A DNA stretch of 35,183 nt, taken from the IMG/VR virus record IMGVR_UViG_3300042868_001476, positions 1 to 35,183 of that record, one strand, 5' to 3'. This document shows, in pieces, positions 17,581 to 25,773 of the stretch. Numbering within the stretch: the first letter of the stretch is position 1; each line of letters opens with the position of its first letter. The position numbers were made by a program, and so were the translations under genes. The notes under the pieces were generated by a model. It worked only from the letters and a program-made list of their open reading frames with translations. It ran no database searches and was not told where the DNA came from. The DNA comes from a virus (taxonomy: Duplodnaviria > Caudoviricetes).

Positions 17581-18033
17581 ATGAAGCAGCCATCTGAAGA
17601 ATTTTACCGATTAATAAAGTTATTTGAGGGTTGTAAATTAGAGGCTTACAAATGCCCTGCTAATGTTGTAACTATTGGCTGGGGTAGTGTTTTAGATAGC
17701 AAAGGTAATCCATTTAAAATGGGTGATAAAATAACACAGGCTGATGCTGATTTACTTTTGAAAAATGAAGTTAATAAAAAAGCAAAGTTTTTAAATAAAG
17801 AATTAGGAAAGACTGAAGTAACACAAAACCAATTTGATGCGCTTTTGTCATTTCAATATAATTGTGGTAATGCTGCATTAAGCAGAAGTACATTATTCAG
17901 AAGGGTAAAGACAGACCCGAATGATAATTTTATTATTTCAGAATTTGCAAAATGGAACAAGGCAGGGGGTAAAGAAGTTAAAGGATTATCAATAAGAAGG
18001 TCAATGGAATCAAAACTTTATTTCACGAAATAA
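17581..18033 (+). CDS. Endolysin, GH24 phage lysozyme
   Basis: FEGCKLEAYKCPANVVTIGWG catalytic region; QNQFDALLSF.YN.G; GL..RR..E. Confidence 0.95.
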   Translation: MKQPSEEFYRLIKLFEGCKLEAYKCPANVVTIGWGSVLDSKGNPFKMGDKITQADADLLLKNEVNKKAKFLNKELGKTEVTQNQFDALLSFQYNCGNAALSRSTLFRRVKTDPNDNFIISEFAKWNKAGGKEVKGLSIRRSMESKLYFTK

Positions 18034-18038
18034 AAATT

Positions 18039-18872
18039 ATGCGCCCAAGATTTAATAAGATTCAAACGGACTGGTGGCAACAAAAGCAATTATTTGATAA
18101 ACAACTTTACAAGGTATTAATATTTTCAGACTGTCATGGATGGTTGGCAGACCTTTCAGCTTTACGTTGTATTAATAAAGTCCTTCAACATAATAAATTT
18201 GATGAGGTTATAATTAATGGTGATGTAACTGATATGCCTTACATATCTAAACACAGTCAGAAATTATATCAAGAAGGTATACTGAAAGGATATACAGAAG
18301 TAGGCGAAATTGAATACACCAAAGAACAGATTTTAAAGCCTTTACGATTAAGTACAGATGCTAAGATTAGGGTTAGATTAGGCAATCATGATGAGAGAAT
18401 AACAAACCCATATAATTTAGGTGATAAGCAATTAGCTAGATTGGCAGTATTATATAAAAACTACAATAGTACTAAATACAATGAGATGCTAGACCTTAAG
18501 GAAAGTGATGGATTTATTTATGATGAAAGCGATGTTTATAACCTATTTAATATTTTTGATGTTACACACGGATTAAGTTTAAATAAGACTGCTGCCGAAA
18601 AGAATATATTTGAGTATATGGGTAGCGGTTCAACAGGACATACTCACAGGTTAAATTCTAAATACTTAACAAACAGAAAAAACCCATACGTTTGGCTTGA
18701 AAGCGGTTGCACAAGATTAACAAAGGAAGTTGAATTTTTCCCAACAGGAAAGACTGCTGATTGGCAACAAGGATTTATAGAAGTTGTATTTACTAAAACA
18801 GGATTCTTTGCCCAGCCTACTTTAATATTAAATGGCGAATGTTATTATAACGGTATAATATACAAGGGATGA
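18039..18872 (+). CDS. Calcineurin-like metallophosphoesterase
   Basis: SDCH, GDVTD, GNHD, THG and GHTH motifs in canonical order. Confidence 0.9.
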   Translation: MRPRFNKIQTDWWQQKQLFDKQLYKVLIFSDCHGWLADLSALRCINKVLQHNKFDEVIINGDVTDMPYISKHSQKLYQEGILKGYTEVGEIEYTKEQILKPLRLSTDAKIRVRLGNHDERITNPYNLGDKQLARLAVLYKNYNSTKYNEMLDLKESDGFIYDESDVYNLFNIFDVTHGLSLNKTAAEKNIFEYMGSGSTGHTHRLNSKYLTNRKNPYVWLESGCTRLTKEVEFFPTGKTADWQQGFIEVVFTKTGFFAQPTLILNGECYYNGIIYKG

Positions 18873-19177
18873 ACGGAAGTATATTAATACCTGAAAACTT
18901 TAAGCTGGGTGGAAAAACTATTAATATAATTATAGACAATGAATATTGCAACGATAACAATTGTTTAGGTGAAGCGGATTTTAGTTTAAAAATAATTACT
19001 TTATGTGATACCTATGCTGGTAAGAAATTAACAAAGCGAAGCAAAGAACAAATATATTACCATGAGTTAATCCATCAGATATTGCATACTATGAAATTAG
19101 AAAGATTAAAGTACAATGAATTGTTTGTAGATAGTTTTGCGGACTGCCTTATAGAATACGAAAGGACAAAAAGATAG
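18869..19177 (+). CDS. Small HExxH zinc metallopeptidase-like protein
   Basis: YYHELIHQILH plus downstream NELFVD. Confidence 0.7.
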   Translation: MNGSILIPENFKLGGKTINIIIDNEYCNDNNCLGEADFSLKIITLCDTYAGKKLTKRSKEQIYYHELIHQILHTMKLERLKYNELFVDSFADCLIEYERTKR

Positions 19178-19199
19178 TTTGTTTTTTAGTTTTTGGTTT

Positions 19200-19228
19200 A
19201 ATCCTGCCGTTTTTACGGTGGGATTTTT
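19200..19228 (+). terminator. Rho-independent terminator ending the late operon
   Basis: AATCCTGCCGT-TTTT-ACGGTGGGATT then TTT. Confidence 0.8.
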
Positions 19229-19313
19229 AATTTATTTTATGACCTGAAACCCAATAGAATCAAGGCTTATTATAATTATTATATATATGTTATAAAAAAA
19301 ACTTTAAAATAAA

Positions 19314-19344
19314 TTTGGTGGTAATGAAAAAAGTTGTATCTTTG
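19314..19344 (+). promoter_or_regulatory. Bacteroidota primary-sigma promoter (early)
   Basis: TTTG (19314-17), 19-nt spacer, TATCTTTG (19337-44): matches the -33/-7 consensus TTTG/TAnnTTTG; A-tract upstream. Confidence 0.85.
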
Positions 19345-19372
19345 ATTTATCAATAACGAAAAAACAAACAAA

Positions 19373-19513
19373 ATGACTTACGCAAAAATTACATTTAACG
19401 GTTCAAAAACTTACATGGTAATTGATAGCGCTAACCAATGCAGGTTTGCTACAACTTCAGAAAAAAAAGCAAAAAACTTTTTAGCTAAACTTTTAAAACA
19501 AGTAAAAAATTAA
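19373..19513 (+). CDS. Early hypothetical protein, 46 aa (not in ORF track)
   Basis: MTYAKITFNGSKTYMVIDSANQCRFATTSEKKAKNFLAKLLKQVKN; first ORF after the promoter, A-rich leader. Confidence 0.7.
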   Translation: MTYAKITFNGSKTYMVIDSANQCRFATTSEKKAKNFLAKLLKQVKN

Positions 19514-19516
19514 ATT

Positions 19517-19666
19517 ATGAAAAATTACAAAATCGTATGTAAAGAAACTGGAAGCGTAATTGAAACATTCGCAACCTATGATGAAGCACAAAGCAGCCTA
19601 TCTGAATTTGAATATCAGGATTCAAACAATGGTATTTTTGTAGAAGATTTTTACGAAATAATTTAA
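19517..19666 (+). CDS. Early acidic hypothetical protein, 49 aa (not in ORF track)
   Basis: MKNYKIVCKETGSVIETFATYDEAQSSLSEFEYQDSNNGIFVEDFYEII; tightly packed. Confidence 0.7.
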   Translation: MKNYKIVCKETGSVIETFATYDEAQSSLSEFEYQDSNNGIFVEDFYEII

Positions 19667-19676
19667 ACTAAAAAAA

Positions 19677-19868
19677 ATGAAACCAAAAGAACTAAAAATG
19701 CTTGAAGATTTATATAACTTTTTGGGCGCAAACGAAACCTTGCTAAAGTCAGAATTTAAGAAATTTAAAAAAGCATATCCTAAAGAAAAATTTAACTTTT
19801 TACAATTTTCCATAACCATTTATTCAAACTTAAATGAAAACAACAAACCCACCAAACCCAGCAAATGA
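19677..19868 (+). CDS. Hypothetical protein
   Basis: 63 aa, A-rich leader, in the early operon. Confidence 0.6.
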   Translation: MKPKELKMLEDLYNFLGANETLLKSEFKKFKKAYPKEKFNFLQFSITIYSNLNENNKPTKPSK

Positions 19869-19935
19869 TTTCAACGAATGGATTAACTACATTTTTAACT
19901 TATTAAAAGAAAATTATGACAGACAAAGAAATTAA
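19834..19935 (+). CDS. Hypothetical peptide, 33 aa (not in ORF track)
   Basis: MKTTNPPNPANDFNEWINYIFNLLKENYDRQRN; fills the operon gap. Confidence 0.5.
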   Translation: MKTTNPPNPANDFNEWINYIFNLLKENYDRQRN

Positions 19936-20002
19936 CGACGCAATTATTATTTCAATCCTTATTATTGGCGCATTATTAGCCGACAAACTTTTAAACTTTT
20001 AA
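19916..20002 (+). CDS. Single-TM peptide, 28 aa (not in ORF track)
   Basis: MTDKEINDAIIISILIIGALLADKLLNF; AAAATTATG context; ends 2 nt before the next ATG. Confidence 0.5.
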   Translation: MTDKEINDAIIISILIIGALLADKLLNF

Positions 20003-20004
20003 TT

Positions 20005-20274
20005 ATGAAATACAAATTTAAAACCGAAATTGAAACCGAAATTGATATTGAATTACCTTATTATTTTAAAATAGAAAATTCACATATTACAGATTCTTAT
20101 TTTGCTATAATATCAGAAAATTTAGCAATTTGCAATTGGAAAATAAACGATATCACATCATTAAATTGTCCGCAAGTGATAACAAAATTTATTGATAAAG
20201 GTAAACAAATTACTGCCGCAGAATTTAAAATTGCAATAACCCAATCTTGTAACCATTTAATAAATCTTTTATGA
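20005..20274 (+). CDS. Hypothetical protein
   Basis: 89-aa ORF in the operon. Confidence 0.6.
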   Translation: MKYKFKTEIETEIDIELPYYFKIENSHITDSYFAIISENLAICNWKINDITSLNCPQVITKFIDKGKQITAAEFKIAITQSCNHLINLL

Positions 20275-20492
20275 AAAAATCAATACAATTATACATTAAC
20301 CATCCCACAGACTGGGAGCAGTCAGTTTATGTTATTATCAATTACCGTGAATGGTATGATGGTGACCAGTTAGATGACCTTAATATTGACAACTGGCAAA
20401 GTGATGAGATAGCAGAATGGCTTACAGAAGATATAATATTAACAAATTTAGAAACACACTTAAAAACTAAAAAAAATGAGCAACCTGATTAA
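20271..20492 (+). CDS. Acidic hypothetical protein
   Basis: 73 aa, Asp/Glu/Trp-rich; ATGA overlap. Confidence 0.6.
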   Translation: MKKSIQLYINHPTDWEQSVYVIINYREWYDGDQLDDLNIDNWQSDEIAEWLTEDIILTNLETHLKTKKNEQPD

Positions 20493-21009
20493 AATTCAAA
20501 GCGAATTGAAAGCACCTAAAAACCAAACTAATGCGTTTGGAAAGTACAAGTACCGAAGTTGCGAGGATATCCTCGAAGCGGTAAAGCCTTTACTTTTAAA
20601 ATATGATTGCTTACTTGTTATAAGTGATGCAATTAAAGAAGCAGGAGGAATTATCTACTGCGAAAGCAGGGTTATTTTTAAAGACAAAGATGGTGATATA
20701 ACAATTAGTGCTTGCGCTGGTATAGAACCAAATCGTAAAGGAATGGATATAGCACAATCATTCGGAGCATCTAGTAGTTATGCAAGGAAGTACGCATTAA
20801 ATGGCTTGTTTCTTATTGATGACACTAAAGATGCAGATGCTACCAATGACCATAAGCCTAAAGAAGATATTAAACCTTTTATGACTGATGATAAAATGAT
20901 TAGTTTAGTAGCAAGGTACAATGATGGGGAAAGGGATATATTTGAGAAAGCAAAAGCGCACTTAGTATTAAGGGATAAAGATTTACTAACAATAAAAGCC
21001 TTAAAATGA
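20476..21009 (+). CDS. erf: ERF-family single-strand annealing protein
   Basis: IQSELKAPK.Q.N.FGKYKYRSCEDILEAVKP and Q..GASSSYARKYAL.GLF.IDD.KDAD. Confidence 0.92.
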   Translation: MSNLIKIQSELKAPKNQTNAFGKYKYRSCEDILEAVKPLLLKYDCLLVISDAIKEAGGIIYCESRVIFKDKDGDITISACAGIEPNRKGMDIAQSFGASSSYARKYALNGLFLIDDTKDADATNDHKPKEDIKPFMTDDKMISLVARYNDGERDIFEKAKAHLVLRDKDLLTIKALK

Positions 21010-21647
21010 TAGAACAATATTCAAGCGAATGGTTTTCCCAAAGAATGGGCAAACTTACTTCATCAACAATTTACAACCTGATGACCGAACCAAAGTTAAA
21101 AAGCGAAGCAGGGCAATTATCAGCAACCACAAAAGAATATCTAACAAGTAAACTAGCTGAAAGATTAACTGGTGTACAAAGGGAGTTTACATCTAACGCA
21201 ACTAATCATGGATTAGAATTAGAAAACGAAGCGATAAGATTCTATGAAGGCAAAACAGGAAACAAGGTTAACCCTTCAGGATATATCGAAAGCATATCAG
21301 GATTATACGGTGGTACACCTGATGGATTAATCGAAGGTGGTGGGATAGTTCAAATTAAATGCCCCTACCAATATTCAAACCATATTAATAACGGTTGCAT
21401 TGATAGTCAGGAATATTTTAAAAAGAATTACAAGCAGTATTACTGGCAATGCCAAAGTGATATGATAGTAACGGAAAGCGAATTTTGCGATTATGTTTCT
21501 TATTGTCCACAAATAGCTGATAACCTAAAAATGTTTATCTTTAGGATTGAAGCAAACATTGGTGATATGGAACTACTTTTACAAAAAATACACATGGCAG
21601 GGGAATATATTAATAACCTATACAATCAAATTTCAAATGAACGATAA
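21006..21647 (+). CDS. YqaJ/lambda-exonuclease-family recombination nuclease
   Basis: QYSSEWF..R.GKLTSS, G.ELE, TPDGL, (Q)IKCP, YYWQCQ. Confidence 0.92.
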   Translation: MIEQYSSEWFSQRMGKLTSSTIYNLMTEPKLKSEAGQLSATTKEYLTSKLAERLTGVQREFTSNATNHGLELENEAIRFYEGKTGNKVNPSGYIESISGLYGGTPDGLIEGGGIVQIKCPYQYSNHINNGCIDSQEYFKKNYKQYYWQCQSDMIVTESEFCDYVSYCPQIADNLKMFIFRIEANIGDMELLLQKIHMAGEYINNLYNQISNER

Positions 21648-22014
21648 TTTAAAAACAATACTTAAATACATTCAGTTATATACCGAATGTGATAACTATG
21701 CACTAGGAAAAATTGCTTTATTATTTGATGAATATCCTTTAGAAACTGTTAGGGTACAGATAGTTGAGAAAGAAGTAAAGCAATTTATTCCTGAAAAAAA
21801 AGATATAGATGAATGGACAAAGAAATATCTTATAACAAATAACATTACCTATGAACAATTAACTGCTAATAATCGTAAATATGAAACAGTATTGCAAAGG
21901 GTTAATTTTTCTAAAGAAGCTAGAGATAATGGATTTTATTTAACGCAGATAGGTAAAAAATTAAAGATGCATCACTCTAGCATCATTCACTTAGTAAACA
22001 ATTTTCAACCATAA
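21637..22014 (+). CDS. Protein with DnaA domain IV-like HTH
   Basis: C-terminal GFYLTQIGKKLKMHHSSIIH resembles the DnaA_C signature; ATG 21637 preferred. Confidence 0.6.
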   Translation: MNDNLKTILKYIQLYTECDNYALGKIALLFDEYPLETVRVQIVEKEVKQFIPEKKDIDEWTKKYLITNNITYEQLTANNRKYETVLQRVNFSKEARDNGFYLTQIGKKLKMHHSSIIHLVNNFQP

Positions 22015-22024
22015 AAACAAAACA

Positions 22025-22276
22025 ATGACAGCACCAACAAATCAAAATGCAGAAGTATTAAATTTGCTTCTAACAGAAAAACAAACATCATTAAACCTAG
22101 TGATGAATGGAATCCTTAACCCAACTGCAAGGATTACAAACCTTCGTGCAATGGGAGTAAATGTACTTTGTGAATTTATTTCACATACTAACAAGTTTGG
22201 TAGGGCAATCAGGTATGGTGAATTTTCAGTATTGAATAAAAAAGATTCAAGGAGAATTTACAAAGAAATTAATTAA
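22025..22276 (+). CDS. Winged-HTH DNA-binding protein
   Basis: GILNPTARITNLRAMG.NV pattern. Confidence 0.6.
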   Translation: MTAPTNQNAEVLNLLLTEKQTSLNLVMNGILNPTARITNLRAMGVNVLCEFISHTNKFGRAIRYGEFSVLNKKDSRRIYKEIN

Positions 22277-22282
22277 TTAACT

Positions 22283-22304
22283 AGGGGTGGTTAATTCCAC
22301 CCCT
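22283..22304. other. Perfect GC-rich inverted repeat without U-tract
   Basis: AGGGGTGG-ttaatt-CCACCCCT, between two HTH genes. Confidence 0.6.
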
Positions 22305-22316
22305 TAAATTTACATC

Positions 22317-22547
22317 ATGATAAGTATCAATTCAAATATATTCGATTTTAAAATAAACAATTCAGCTAAACTATTTTATGTATATCTTCAACATACCAAA
22401 GCACTTGAAAAATCAAATGCCCATTATGCCGATTGCTTTGAAGTAAGCACAATGACAATTACCAACTGGCTTAATGAACTTCAGGATAAAGGAATTATAG
22501 AAATAATTTTTGATAAAAACAAACGTAAAATAAAAATCAATGAATAA
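22317..22547 (+). CDS. HTH protein (replication-associated)
   Basis: SN.HYADCFEVSTMTITNWLNELQDKG.I. Confidence 0.7.
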   Translation: MISINSNIFDFKINNSAKLFYVYLQHTKALEKSNAHYADCFEVSTMTITNWLNELQDKGIIEIIFDKNKRKIKINE

Positions 22548-22974
22548 ATCTTATTACTTTAGCCATGATTACGCAGCAAGTAACGATGTAAAGATTCTAT
22601 TTCTGAGGCAACAATTAGGGATGGAAGGTTATGGAATATATTGGTTTTTAGTAGAAAATTTGGCACAGGCTGGGGGCATTCTACCCATGAACATTACCCC
22701 AGTTCTGGCAATGCAGATGCAGACAAATGAGGTAAAAGTAAAGGCAGTAATTGAAGAATTTAATTTATTTACAATAGCCGAAAATGGTTTCTTTTCTAAA
22801 AGATTAACCGAGCATTTAGACATGAGAAAAAAATTAAGTGATAAGGGTAAAAAAGGTGCTGCTTTACGATGGAAAAATGGGGGGGCTATTGGGGTGGCTA
22901 ATGGGGAGGCTTATGCAAAGAAAGAAATAAAAGAAATAAATAAGGTGGATTTTTTAACAAAAATAGTTCTTTAA
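22540..22974 (+). CDS. DUF4373/Lin1244-like replication initiator
   Basis: YYFSHD..A.ND.KI..LR..LGMEGYGIYW.LVE.L; upstream of DnaB. Confidence 0.75.
   Translation: MNKSYYFSHDYAASNDVKILFLRQQLGMEGYGIYWFLVENLAQAGGILPMNITPVLAMQMQTNEVKVKAVIEEFNLFTIAENGFFSKRLTEHLDMRKKLSDKGKKGAALRWKNGGAIGVANGEAYAKKEIKEINKVDFLTKIVL
22876..22911 (+). repeat. 3 x 12-bp G-rich iteron-like repeats
   Basis: AATGGGGGGGCT ATTGGGGTGGCT AATGGGGAGGCT, followed by an A-rich tract. Confidence 0.6.
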
Positions 22975-23017
22975 TACATTTTCAATCCACGAATGAGTAT
23001 TAATATTATTTAAACGC

Positions 23018-23105
23018 ATTTTAAGATAGCAAGGATTGATTTTAAATTACTTTTGATAGAATCTATCACGAACCAATTAAATAACCAAAAAACAGGCTTA
23101 AAATG
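23018..23105. other. Nested long imperfect inverted repeat
   Basis: Outer CATTTTAAG/CTTAAAATG and central TGATAGA-A-TCTATCA share the same centre (~23061). Confidence 0.6.
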
Positions 23106-24434
23106 GCTAAGACAACAAAAGCACCACCAAACAACAAAGAGGTAGAAGATAGGATTTTAGGTGTATTATTAATCGAGCAGAATAGTGTTCATACCTACAT
23201 TGCTAAAATTACATCAGAATTTTTTTACCAAACTAAAAACCAATTAATATTTAAAGCTATTCAGGGATTATATGATAAAATGAGTGCAATTGATATTGTA
23301 ACAGTTTGCCAGCACCTAACTACCAACGAGCAAATAGAAACAGTTGGAGGAGCATTTGAAGTAGTTAAATTAACAAACAATGTAACTGGCAGTAGTTCAA
23401 TGAATGACTGGATATTAATCCTGCAACAAAACTACCTGCAAAGAAAAGGTATTGTAATTGGTCAGGAATTAGTAAATGATTCTTATCAGGGAGAAATAGA
23501 AAACCATTTAAATAATGCTTCTAATAAAATACTAAACGCACAGGAAAGCATTTATAAAAATAGCGAGAAAGGAATGGCTCATTACATCATGAGTCTAGCT
23601 AAAGAAAGGGATGCAGTTTTAGAAAATGGTCAGATAGGAATTGATACAGGATGGGAAAGTTTAAATAAATATATTAGTGGTTGGGTTAATCCTGATTTAA
23701 TTATACTAGCAGCAAGACCAGCACAGGGAAAAACTGCTTTTATGTTGAATGCAATACTAAACGTATTACGACAAGATAAACCAGTAGGAATATTTAGTTT
23801 AGAAATGTCAGGGGAGCAATTAGTTAACAGATTAATAAGTTTGGATAGTGGTATAGCACACCATTATTTACGGACTAACAACCTTACAGAAGCACAAAAG
23901 TTTATGTTGATGGCAAGTGAGGAAAGATTGCAAAAAGCTAAACTATACATTGATGATACACCTAGTTTAAACATCAGAGATTTAAGGAGCAAAGCGGCAA
24001 TCTTAAAAAGAAAATATAACATTGAATTTCTTTGTATTGATTACCTTCAATTAATGTCGGGAGTAGACAGGAAAGGAAATAGAGAAAGCGAGATTGCAGA
24101 AATTAGCAGGGGATGTAAAATAATAGCAAAGGAGTTAAACATACCAGTAATGGCATTAAGTCAATTAAGCAGAGCAGTTGAAAGCAGACAGGATAAGATG
24201 CCACAACTTTCAGACCTTAGAGAAAGCGGAGGCATAGAGCAGGATGCAGATTCAGTTATATTCCTTATGAGACCTGAAACATACGGCATTAAAGAAATAG
24301 AAGTGGATGGAATGACTTATGGCAGCGAAGGTAAATGTATTGTTAAGTTAGCAAAAAATAGGCATGGTAATTTAAAAAATATTCCTTTTCAGTTTATTGG
24401 CGAAAGGATGGAATTTAAACAAATGATATTATGA
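23103..24434 (+). CDS. dnaB: Replicative DNA helicase
   Basis: AARPAQGKT Walker A, FSLEMS, IDYLQL, LSQLSR, DLRESG.IEQDAD, KNRHG. Confidence 0.97.
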   Translation: MAKTTKAPPNNKEVEDRILGVLLIEQNSVHTYIAKITSEFFYQTKNQLIFKAIQGLYDKMSAIDIVTVCQHLTTNEQIETVGGAFEVVKLTNNVTGSSSMNDWILILQQNYLQRKGIVIGQELVNDSYQGEIENHLNNASNKILNAQESIYKNSEKGMAHYIMSLAKERDAVLENGQIGIDTGWESLNKYISGWVNPDLIILAARPAQGKTAFMLNAILNVLRQDKPVGIFSLEMSGEQLVNRLISLDSGIAHHYLRTNNLTEAQKFMLMASEERLQKAKLYIDDTPSLNIRDLRSKAAILKRKYNIEFLCIDYLQLMSGVDRKGNRESEIAEISRGCKIIAKELNIPVMALSQLSRAVESRQDKMPQLSDLRESGGIEQDADSVIFLMRPETYGIKEIEVDGMTYGSEGKCIVKLAKNRHGNLKNIPFQFIGERMEFKQMIL

Positions 24435-24697
24435 GAAACTTAACAGTAACACTTGACCAACAAAAGCACATACAAATAAATTATAAGCTAAAAAAACAAA
24501 AGGATTTAGCTGATGAATTAAATATAACTTTAGGGGTATTAAAAGCAAATGCAAGATTAATGAACTTATGTACTGATAGACCAAAAAGAAATAAAGATTG
24601 GAATGAGCATTATATTCAACTATCAGTATATGTTAAAAGAAAACATTACAAAGAAGCAGAAGCAGAATTTAATCAACTTGTAAAAAAATATAGATGA
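24431..24697 (+). CDS. Putative HTH DNA-binding protein
   Basis: QKDLADELNITLGVLKANAR. Confidence 0.5.
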   Translation: MRNLTVTLDQQKHIQINYKLKKQKDLADELNITLGVLKANARLMNLCTDRPKRNKDWNEHYIQLSVYVKRKHYKEAEAEFNQLVKKYR

Positions 24698-24885
24698 AAG
24701 CAATAATAGAAAAAGCGAAAAAAGAACTTCAAGAAATAGAATATCAAAATAGAACTTGGGAGAGTAAATTTATGAAACAACAGTCTATATGGGATGAAAT
24801 TGCAATGCAGATAAATTCATATACAGGTGAAGAACAAAAATATTGGGGATTAGTAATGGATTTGTATCATCAAAAATATTCATAA
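24694..24885 (+). CDS. Hypothetical protein
   Basis: 63 aa, ATGA overlap. Confidence 0.55.
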   Translation: MKAIIEKAKKELQEIEYQNRTWESKFMKQQSIWDEIAMQINSYTGEEQKYWGLVMDLYHQKYS

Positions 24886-24901
24886 AAAAAATTATAAACT
24901 T

Positions 24902-25111
24902 ATGAAAGCAATATTAGAATTTAATCTACCTGAAGATAATCAAGAATTTGAACTGCATACAAAAGCATTAAAAATGTATAGCACCTTGTGGGATTTTGAC
25001 CTATGGTTAAGAAGCGAAATTAAATACAAAGACAAGGAACTGGATGAGGTCAGGGATAAATTAAGAGAATTAATGAACGACAATAGAATTGATTTTGATA
25101 TGGTAGAATAG
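24902..25111 (+). CDS. Hypothetical phage protein (MKAILEFNLPED type)
   Basis: 69 aa with an N-terminus I recognise from other phage hypotheticals. Confidence 0.65.
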   Translation: MKAILEFNLPEDNQEFELHTKALKMYSTLWDFDLWLRSEIKYKDKELDEVRDKLRELMNDNRIDFDMVE

Positions 25112-25136
25112 TAAGGTTTAAGCTGACAAGTTAACT

Positions 25137-25438
25137 ATGATTGATAAAAGTATAATTAATGATTGATAAATTAATGACTATAATTCGGCATATTTCCGAT
25201 ATAACCGTTATTTTATGACAAAGCATTCAACATTATACTTTGCCAAATGGCAATATTTAATTGAGTTTTGGCCGCATATAAATTAACAATCTAGGAAGTA
25301 AAATTGTGCCAAATTAAGGAGTTATACTGCGCATATTGTAACATATTTAAACATTATTTGTTATAAGATTGCATGAATTTTGCTGGATATATCATGCATA
25401 AAGTGGCATATAAGGCACTAATGATAGGTTTATGCGAC
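25137..25438. promoter_or_regulatory. Array 1 of heterogeneous operator-like palindromes
   Basis: Back-to-back spaced inverted repeats at 25216-45, 25336-66, 25370-98, 25403-38 and weaker ones, plus a 12-bp direct repeat. Confidence 0.65.
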
Positions 25439-25518
25439 ATTTAAGAAACATTAAAACTAGATGCAAGAGAATATAAATAGGAGCAGATTAATTAATTACA
25501 TTTTAAAACATATAAACC

Positions 25519-25761
25519 ATGACAACAAAAGGAAAGGCATTAGAATTATTTGATAAATATTATGAGGTAACAAATAATTATGATGAAGCTAAACAATGTG
25601 CATTAATAGCAGTAGATGAGATATTAGAAATAGAACCAAGATATCCAAGCGATGTTGATTGGGATGATGTTGGCGGAACATATCATTACTACTATGAAGC
25701 ACAAACACAGGATGCTCAAAACTATTGGATAGAAGTTAAACAAGAAATAGAAAAATTATAA
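25519..25761 (+). CDS. Hypothetical phage protein (AKQCALIAVDEIL type)
   Basis: 80 aa; KA.EL.DKY...AKQCALIAVDEI...YW.EVKQEIEKL. Confidence 0.7.
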   Translation: MTTKGKALELFDKYYEVTNNYDEAKQCALIAVDEILEIEPRYPSDVDWDDVGGTYHYYYEAQTQDAQNYWIEVKQEIEKL

Positions 25762-25773
25762 TCATTGCAAATA

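Noticed and set aside
19243-19295. Possible att/res site (CCTGAAACCCAATAGAATCAAGG and an AT-rich TTATAA palindrome)
   Set aside because: Symmetry is weak and no recombinase is encoded.
22879-22909. G-quadruplex
   Set aside because: The G-runs are compatible, but only three clear tracts are present and the 12-bp periodicity is more simply explained as iterons.
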